From the NCBI GenBank assembly GCA_001600695.1, contig BCKQ01000001.1, forward strand, positions 911,114 through 975,113: DNA of 64,000 nucleotides, in the 5' to 3' direction. Positions 56,387 through 64,000 of this stretch are shown here, in pieces. The position numbers and the translations under genes are program-made. A model generated the notes under the pieces. It was not told where the DNA came from, did not search any database, and saw nothing but the letters and a program-made list of their open reading frames with translations. Positions within the stretch are counted from its first letter, which is position 1; the number at the start of each line of letters is the position of its first letter. Source of the DNA: Ascoidea asiatica JCM 7603. Its lineage: Eukaryota > Fungi > Ascomycota.

Positions 56387-59300
56387 TTACGAATTCATAT
56401 TCTTTTTGAGAAAATTAAAAATTTCTTCATATAATTCGTGAAAAATACGATAGTTCACTAACCACATTCTGTTCGCTACTATGAGCTGTATAGATATTAT
56501 CCTCCCATATGGCCCAAAATTTTTTTTAATTTTATCATTGAGATATTTACTCTCATCTGCATTGTATTTGATAGGTTCATTTTCAATGGAATCTTCAAAA
56601 AAAATATTCAATTTTTTAATATCATTATTATGATCAATCAATAAAAGATTTCCTTTTTTTGAATTTCTTACAACAATTTTTTCTGTTATTGTTGCAATAC
56701 AATTATTAAAAATTTTGAAAATCATCCCTAAAACACTTTTATCTTCACTATTAATAAAACTTCCATCCGCTAATTTATTATTAAAACAACTTAATTCATT
56801 TTCAATTTGCTTTTCAAGAAACTCTATTTCCAAAATTTTGAGAAAAATTTTAGATAATGAGGATAATTCATTATTAAATTCAAATTTTGCTTTTATTGAC
56901 TCTTCTTTTATATCAATACCTTTTATTTTTTTAAGCTTTTCTTCAATATTTTTTACTACATTTAACTGAAGAACTTTACAAACTGCTTTACTTACTTCCT
57001 TAGTACTAAACCTTTTATTTATAAAAATCCCATCAATATTAAAATTATCTTTTTTAATTGTAAAATAATTTTTTAATACAAATCTAATATCTGAACTCAA
57101 TTTTTTCCAATCTACAATAATGGAAAGAAAATTTTCATTTTTATATATTTCATTTTCTTTAACCTTATTCAAATAATTTCTATAACTTTTGAATTCATTT
57201 TTATTTAGTAAATTATTTAACCTATCTTGTGAAAATAAGTTTAATCTCATAAAGTAAAATAAAATTATTTGAAATATAGATGTTGCATATATAGTAGATA
57301 TTGAAAGTTTAGAATGTTGAATTAACAGACATTCAGAACAATAAAATGTTTCAATCATTCGTAAATTTGAATTTAATTGATTTGAAGAATTTAACCACAT
57401 ATTTGAAAAAATCATTTCTTTGAATAACAAACTTGAAAATTTTATTGAGTTATCAATTGAATTGAAATCAAATTTTGTTTTTCTTTGATCAATAAATTTA
57501 AAAATTAAAGAATAATTTTTTAAATTATATAATTTTAATTTACCTATTTCACCTACTTTTTCAATTAATTTGTATTTATTGATAATATTATGGTAATTTT
57601 CAATATTTGATTTTGGAGCAGTAAATAATTTAAAAGAAATTTTTTCTAAGGTTGTTAATTCTTCATTTTGAAGCATCAAATATTCACAATTTGAAATTTC
57701 ATCTAATAGAATTAAAAGATTTTTTTTTTGAACTTTATTCTTGAAATCAATAATAATTTTTGCAGAAAACTTATTAACACAAAATTCCCAAAGTTTAATA
57801 AAAGATGTGAATAAAGTAATTGATAAATATTGAAGACTTTTTATATTTGGAATTTTTTTATTTTTTTCTTTATGTAATAATTCATTTAAATAATTTAATT
57901 TCAAAATAAATATTAATCTTTGATTTGAAATTTTAAATATATCTTTTATTAAAAGAAAAGCTGGTCCAATAAAATCAAGTAAATTTCGAAAATAATCATA
58001 GATTTTGAAACTACTCTCATTAAAGAAATTTTTGTATAACAGAGGTAAATCTGTAAGAAATTGAAATTTATAATCATCCAATAATTTTAAAAATCCATGA
58101 GTAATTATTTGCGATATTGAATTATCTTCATTTAGTAATATAAAACGTGTAAGATTTCTTAACAAATCAGAAAATATTCGAAAAATACTTTGCATAAAAA
58201 AAGAATTTGAATCAAAATTTTCTTCAAATTTATGATCAGGATTTGAAAAAAATTTTGAAAATAAAGCTTTGAAGGATTTTACCCAAAAAAGAATTGTAGT
58301 TCTTGCATATTTAAGACGAAAATCATGAACATAACTCTCTTCACTGTATTTAGTAATAGTTCCAGTATATAAATTATGAAGTGAAAAAATATTATCCTTA
58401 CTTTCAATATTAAAGTCATTCTTCAACTTTTCATTGAAAGAAACAATACTATTTTTATAAATTTTAAAAATATTTTTCAAAGTGTTTTTATTATAATAAT
58501 TGGATAAACGATTACAAGGAATATCATAACCAGATTTTATCAAATTTGGGAATTGTTTCTTATTATTCTTATTAGTATTTTTATAGAGAAGAATAATTTG
58601 ATTATTTTCCAAAATTTCAGTTTTAGGAATTAATAAACTTTCAGTAATAAATTGTAGTACAAATTGTTTCCAATCGAATTGATTTAGAAAAGGTGGTAAA
58701 ATTTGAAAATTTTTTGAATGAGATAAAGATAAAAAGGGTTTAGAAATATAAGATGAAGGAAAATATTCATCAATTAATTTACCATTTTTAAGAATTGAAA
58801 TGTGATTATTAGTATTAATTTGTTTACCATTAATATGTACTAGAGTGTTTTTATTGGAATAAGATAATTTATGATGATGATGATGATGATGATCTTCTTC
58901 ATATTTATTATTATTATTAAGGTTCTTTACATAGAAAAATTCATTAAATTTTATAGGATTTAAATTATAAAATTTGATAAAATTATTATTGAAATGAATT
59001 AATTTTTCATTTAAATTAATTGATTTTTGATTTTTAAAATTAATTATAAAATTTAAATCAATTTGATTGAAAAAAAAAAATTTATAATTTTCAAAATTAT
59101 TATTAAAATTAAATAAAATTTTATAATGAAATTTGAATTTTTTTTTAACTTCAATTAAAAGAGTTTTATGATTATTTAATTCAACTTTATTATGTGAATA
59201 AGAATTTGAATTTGAATTAATTAAATTTTTTAAAAAAGATTTATATTTTATTAATGAATTTAAAGTTGATAAATTTAATTGATAAATATTTTTAAGATGT

Positions 59301-60622
59301 AAAAAAGAATATAAATTATAATAATTTAAGAATATTCTCCAAAATTTAAATAATTTAATTCTTAAAATATTAATAATTGTGAAAGTTTTAAAATTATTTG
59401 AATTTTGTATTGATAATAAAAATTTTTTGAAACATTGAATAAAATTTAATGAAGATATTAAAAGATTTAAAATTATATAATTATATAAATTTAAATTAAT
59501 TATATTTAAATTTTTAATTAATTTAATTTTAAAAATAGAATTTAAATTATTAGTATTATATGATAAATAATTATTGATTATTATAAAAGGAGATAAAAAA
59601 AATCTAGCTAAATTTTCATTAATTAATTTATTAAGATAATTAATTTTATTAAAATTTAATAAGGATAAAAAATTATTTAAAAAAGATAAAATTGAGTTAT
59701 TATTTATTAGATTATTTTGAGAAATTGAAATTAAAGTACTTTTATTATTGAAATTAAATATTAAATCATAAATTTGTTTTAAATTTTGATTAGATTTAAG
59801 TAAATTTAAATGTTTTTTAAATAAATAATATTGAATTAATTGAATTGCATTTTCTCTTAAATGATTAGTACAAGTTATATTAGGTATATTAATGTTTGAG
59901 GATGAGAAATAATTGATTGCGTTTATATAATTTTTATCCAAATTAATAAGTTTATTTAAATCTATAGTTTTACTATGATAGTTATTAATATTGTTTTTGT
60001 TATTTCTGTTGTTTGTAGTAGTATATGATATATTAGTATTATAATTATTAAAATTTTTTATAAAATTTGAAGCAATTTGTTTTTTATAATTTAAATAAGT
60101 TAATCTATTTTCTTTAAATTTATTAAATTTATTTAATTTTTTATTATTTAAATAATTTTTTTTTAATATTATATCATTTTTAAAATTTTCAAATTTTAAA
60201 TTAATTAAATTATTTTTAATTAATAGATTATTTTTTTTTGAATTAATTATATGAGATCTTCTTAATTGATGAATTGATATATCATTATTATTATTTTTGT
60301 TATTATTATTGTTATTATTATTGTTATTATCTTTTGAATCTTTTGTATCTTTAGTTGATGATGATTTTCTATTAAGTCTTTCTAATAAATGTTTTGGTAA
60401 TTTTCTATGAGGTTTTGAAAAGGGGATATAAAAAGAAGTTGAAAGTTGATTATTTTGAGTGTGGTGATTATCAATGTTATTACAAGTAATATTACTATTG
60501 TTACTATTACTTGTACTATTACTAATATTAGTATTATTATTATTATTATTATTACTATTATCAGTTGAATTATTTATATTTTCAATGTCAGATTCTAAAG
60601 AAGCAGTAGATTCTGGATTCAT
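56387..60622 (-). CDS. 1411-aa Asn-rich protein, probable diverged fungal TCP11/IQ-motif family member
   Basis: Long intact ORF. LPKHLLERL...RRSHII N-terminus, IQ-like NAIQLIQYYLFKK, ARFFLSPFII and terminal LVNYRIFHELYEEIF resemble TCP11-domain proteins. Family call from memory and tentative. Confidence 0.5.
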   Translation of the reverse strand: MNPESTASLESDIENINNSTDNSNNNNNNNTNISNSTSNSNNSNITCNNIDNHHTQNNQLSTSFYIPFSKPHRKLPKHLLERLNRKSSSTKDTKDSKDNNNNNNNNNNKNNNNDISIHQLRRSHIINSKKNNLLIKNNLINLKFENFKNDIILKKNYLNNKKLNKFNKFKENRLTYLNYKKQIASNFIKNFNNYNTNISYTTTNNRNNKNNINNYHSKTIDLNKLINLDKNYINAINYFSSSNINIPNITCTNHLRENAIQLIQYYLFKKHLNLLKSNQNLKQIYDLIFNFNNKSTLISISQNNLINNNSILSFLNNFLSLLNFNKINYLNKLINENLARFFLSPFIIINNYLSYNTNNLNSIFKIKLIKNLNIINLNLYNYIILNLLISSLNFIQCFKKFLLSIQNSNNFKTFTIINILRIKLFKFWRIFLNYYNLYSFLHLKNIYQLNLSTLNSLIKYKSFLKNLINSNSNSYSHNKVELNNHKTLLIEVKKKFKFHYKILFNFNNNFENYKFFFFNQIDLNFIINFKNQKSINLNEKLIHFNNNFIKFYNLNPIKFNEFFYVKNLNNNNKYEEDHHHHHHHKLSYSNKNTLVHINGKQINTNNHISILKNGKLIDEYFPSSYISKPFLSLSHSKNFQILPPFLNQFDWKQFVLQFITESLLIPKTEILENNQIILLYKNTNKNNKKQFPNLIKSGYDIPCNRLSNYYNKNTLKNIFKIYKNSIVSFNEKLKNDFNIESKDNIFSLHNLYTGTITKYSEESYVHDFRLKYARTTILFWVKSFKALFSKFFSNPDHKFEENFDSNSFFMQSIFRIFSDLLRNLTRFILLNEDNSISQIITHGFLKLLDDYKFQFLTDLPLLYKNFFNESSFKIYDYFRNLLDFIGPAFLLIKDIFKISNQRLIFILKLNYLNELLHKEKNKKIPNIKSLQYLSITLFTSFIKLWEFCVNKFSAKIIIDFKNKVQKKNLLILLDEISNCEYLMLQNEELTTLEKISFKLFTAPKSNIENYHNIINKYKLIEKVGEIGKLKLYNLKNYSLIFKFIDQRKTKFDFNSIDNSIKFSSLLFKEMIFSNMWLNSSNQLNSNLRMIETFYCSECLLIQHSKLSISTIYATSIFQIILFYFMRLNLFSQDRLNNLLNKNEFKSYRNYLNKVKENEIYKNENFLSIIVDWKKLSSDIRFVLKNYFTIKKDNFNIDGIFINKRFSTKEVSKAVCKVLQLNVVKNIEEKLKKIKGIDIKEESIKAKFEFNNELSSLSKIFLKILEIEFLEKQIENELSCFNNKLADGSFINSEDKSVLGMIFKIFNNCIATITEKIVVRNSKKGNLLLIDHNNDIKKLNIFFEDSIENEPIKYNADESKYLNDKIKKNFGPYGRIISIQLIVANRMWLVNYRIFHELYEEIFNFLKKNMNS

Positions 60623-61438
60623 TTTATGGAATCATTTAAATGAATTAAAAAAAGTATAAAAAGTATTATGATTGTTATGAATCATTAAATAAAGAGTATG
60701 AATGTGATTGTGATTGTGATTGTAATTCGATGGTTATTACTATTGTTATTATTATGAGAATAGGAGGATTGGAGATGAGAAATGAGAAAGGAGATTAAAA
60801 GGAGATTAAAGGAGATTAAAGGAAAATAAAAAGGATCTTGGAAGCAAAAGAAGCTGAGAATGAAGAGAATGAAGAGAATGAAGAGAATTAACTCTTTTGT
60901 GTCGTATTTAAAACATGTTTTTGATCTTTTTGATACTTTTCTCTCTTATTTATACCAATTATCAAGATAAAGATGACAGATGAAAATGAAGATATAACAA
61001 TCAATAGATTATAAAAGAGATAAACGAAGATAAATACTTTTTCTGACTGAAGTCTTGTTTTGATTCTGATTGTGGTTTGGGTGTGGTGTGGGCGCTTATC
61101 GGGTATGTTCCACCACAAGCCACCACAAGCCACGAAAACAGCACCAGCCACTGCTGATCAGTCGCCACCCTGTTTTTTTCTTGACGCACTCTGAGACGTA
61201 CTATTACACGCACCTTTAGACGCACTTCTAGACGGAACAAGTCACGTTTTACTTTGTCCGGGATATTTGAATTATTTAGTGCAAATTGTGTTTGATAATA
61301 GGTTCTAGTTACTGTCCTATATGGTTTTAAAATAATTCATTAACCGCTGTGTATCCGGTAGCCGTAACTAATATCTATTTATGCTATGCTATTCTAATAT
61401 TTATATATCTCTCTTTATTAATGTCTTATTTTAGTCAT

Positions 61439-63424
61439 TTATCTTTTTATATTCGCTTCACTATCAATACTATCAATAGTCTCATTATCATTATTATCTA
61501 TATTTCCACTGAAATGAACTAAAGGTGGTTTTTTAATTATTGGTTTAACTACTTTAAAATTATTATCAGTATTATTATCTCCCTGATAGGGTATTGGTTC
61601 ATAATTTGATTCATTTCCAGTGTAACTTGTACTTAATGAATTATCATTTCCCATAATTCCTGATTCTAAATCTATATCATAATTACTATTATTTTCATTG
61701 TTTTCATTGTTTTCATTTCTTTTATTACTTTTCTTATTAGAAGTTCTTTGAGTTTTCTTATGATCTTTTTTAGATGATCGACTTAATACTTTACTTATTA
61801 CTTTCTTTAATTCTCCACTTAAATATAAATCATCAACATCATCTCTATTATTGTTATTATTATTATTATTATCTTCTTCCTTCTGATTCTGATTTTCATT
61901 TATAATTTCCATTTCATTCTTATCATTTTCATCTCTATTACTACGTATACTAAAATTAGATCTTAAATCATTATTATTATCTTGATTGTAATCATTATCA
62001 TTTTCATTATCTTGATTACTATCATCATCATCATCATCATCATCACTTTGATATAAACTGGCTATAGTTTTCTCTCTAGCTAAAGGTTCTCCCATTCCAT
62101 ATACTGGGAACACTCCTCTTGGTGAATTTTTTATTCCATTATTATTGATTATTCTTATATGATTTTTATTTCTTTTACTAAAAGATTTAATAGATTTATG
62201 AGATTTATGAGACCTATTTGATCTAGTAGACCTATTGGACCTATTTGACCTAACTGATCTATTAGATTGAACTGATTGAATTGTTTGATTTGTTAAACTT
62301 CTTGATAAAATTAAATCTAATTTCTCTGATATACTTAATTCTCTATTATTATTATTATTATTATTATTATTACTAATATTATTATTATTGTTATTACTAT
62401 TAATGTTGTTACTATTATCACTTGGACTTTGATTTTTTGTTTCATCACTACTCATTTCACTTTCACTTTCACTGTCATTATCATTATCATTATCATTTTG
62501 ATTGTTATTATGAATATGTGAATGACTTTGAGTAGTTGGAACTCTGACAACTCTACTATCAATACCTAATTCAGGTTGTTCATCTTTTGCATCATAATTT
62601 GGTAATCCAATTTTTTTACTATCTCTTTCAATAACAATTAAATGTAAATAATATGGTATTAAAATTGCAAATATTACTCCACCAAGAATATTACCTAAAG
62701 ATCCTGGAATTAAAATTTTCCAAATATATTCTTTAGTTTTAATTTTTGAACCATTTAAAATTCCCATTGGACATAAAAACATATCTGCAACTGCATGAGT
62801 AAAACCCATGGCAACAAATGTAAAAACTGGTAATAACATCATTAAAAATTTTACATGTAATGGTTTACACATAATTTGTAAATAAATTGCAATTGAAACA
62901 AAAAAATTACATGCTATACCTTTTAAAAATGTTTCCATAAATGAATATTTTGATTTTTCTAAAATTATATCTATTGAACCTTTAATCATTGAATCACTTG
63001 AAGTTATTTTACTTAATTTACAAATAATATAACAAATAAATATATTACTTAATAAATTAAATAACCAAGAAATAAATAAACTTATTAATAAATCTAAAAA
63101 ATTTACTGCATTTCTTAAAATTCCAACAGTAAAAAATAAAATATTTGAATTAAATAAATCTGCACCCATTATTACAACATAAAATAAACCAATTGGATAA
63201 ACAAGACCTTGTAAAAGATGAATAATACCAGGATTTGTATTATAAATTTCAGGATTATCAGCTTGAACCATTAAATGTAACATACCACCAGAAGTAAATA
63301 AAATTCCTCCAACTATTGAAGATATTATTAAAGTATCTAATCTCATTCTTGCTTTTTTCATTGCAGTTGCAACTAAAGCTAAAGCAGCTTCATGAGGTGT
63401 TAAAAAATATGAATCATCCACCAT
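61439..63424 (-). CDS. Formate/nitrite transporter (FNT) family channel, YHL008C-like, with long cytosolic tail
   Basis: MVDDSYFLTPHEAALALVATAMKKAR, GADLFNSN, KGIACNFFVS, FVAMGFTHAVADM, GNILGG, tail SPRGVFPVYGMGEPLAREKTIA. Confidence 0.93.
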   Translation of the reverse strand: MVDDSYFLTPHEAALALVATAMKKARMRLDTLIISSIVGGILFTSGGMLHLMVQADNPEIYNTNPGIIHLLQGLVYPIGLFYVVIMGADLFNSNILFFTVGILRNAVNFLDLLISLFISWLFNLLSNIFICYIICKLSKITSSDSMIKGSIDIILEKSKYSFMETFLKGIACNFFVSIAIYLQIMCKPLHVKFLMMLLPVFTFVAMGFTHAVADMFLCPMGILNGSKIKTKEYIWKILIPGSLGNILGGVIFAILIPYYLHLIVIERDSKKIGLPNYDAKDEQPELGIDSRVVRVPTTQSHSHIHNNNQNDNDNDNDSESESEMSSDETKNQSPSDNSNNINSNNNNNNISNNNNNNNNNRELSISEKLDLILSRSLTNQTIQSVQSNRSVRSNRSNRSTRSNRSHKSHKSIKSFSKRNKNHIRIINNNGIKNSPRGVFPVYGMGEPLAREKTIASLYQSDDDDDDDDSNQDNENDNDYNQDNNNDLRSNFSIRSNRDENDKNEMEIINENQNQKEEDNNNNNNNNRDDVDDLYLSGELKKVISKVLSRSSKKDHKKTQRTSNKKSNKRNENNENNENNSNYDIDLESGIMGNDNSLSTSYTGNESNYEPIPYQGDNNTDNNFKVVKPIIKKPPLVHFSGNIDNNDNETIDSIDSEANIKR

Positions 63425-63879
63425 TTTTTTTTTTTTTTAATTAATTTGAATTAATTTAAATTGGTTATACTGTATATATTGTTGAAATATAAATAAGTAA
63501 GTACGTAAATTAACTAGATAATTCAATTTGAAACAATCATTATTTTATTAATATATATGAATTTATATTAATATATATTTATATATTTATATAATATGTA
63601 TTATACAGTATATGGTATATATAAGATATAGAATATTGATTCTAGAATTTATAAAGTAAAATAAATGATTAATAAATATTATTTTTTTATTATACATTTT
63701 AATAAGGTTAAATTAAATAAGTAATGTAAAAAAATGGAAAGTGAAATAATTAAAGCTAAAAGGGAGTATTTCATTAGTCAAAAGATCAGAAAAAGAAGAT
63801 GATTTTGACTGAGAGAAGTAAAAAAACCCGAAAGTCGAGATTGAAATATGTGATTAAGAAGTGAAGACGAAGTGAAGTT

Positions 63880-64000
63880 GAAGTGACTGGGTAAGTGAGT
63901 AAGCGACTAAGTGTTTAAGGGTACCAAGCGCACCCAGGGTACCAAGGGACTAGGAGCAGAGATGCCCCGCGGTGACAGGTCAACGGGAAGAGAAATGCCC
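63880..64000. promoter_or_regulatory. Start of a GC-rich promoter island upstream of the FNT gene
   Basis: Abrupt rise in GC; duplicated AGGGTACCAAG. Confidence 0.4.

Noticed and set aside
63522-63538. U6-like stretch TCAATTTGAAACAAT
   Set aside because: Not followed by ACAGAGA or the U6 catalytic core; a chance match in AT-rich DNA.

Overview
Very AT-rich budding-yeast (Saccharomycotina) chromosomal segment. The Asn-rich proteins resemble Ascoidea-type yeasts, but that is inference only. No transposon, CRISPR or rDNA was seen. Gene order: a giant SPA2 (minus strand, over 2,830 codons, running off the left edge and missed by the ORF track), NCS6, RSC58, tRNA-Tyr (intron), KTR4, tRNA-Phe (intronless), KTR1/KRE2, BDP1, MRPL49, ADE12, ERO1, SAH1, MEU1, LSG1 (intron right after ATG, missed by the track), YPT6, a Yrr1/Mrr1-like Zn2Cys6 factor, RIX1, GCN1, a catalytically degenerate PMT (Pmt7-like), a diverged TCP11/IQ-like protein and a formate/nitrite channel (YHL008C family). 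The most notable unexplained signal is an unfamiliar bipartite intergenic element, CC(A/G)-N6-(T/C)GGTCTC. It forms a phased five-copy array (28-31 bp period) between RIX1 and GCN1 and recurs in four other intergenic regions. The compositional architecture is also unusual. Promoters are GC-rich islands, roughly the first 2.5-3.5 kb of genes is hyper-AT, and G/C-ending codons return further into long genes.
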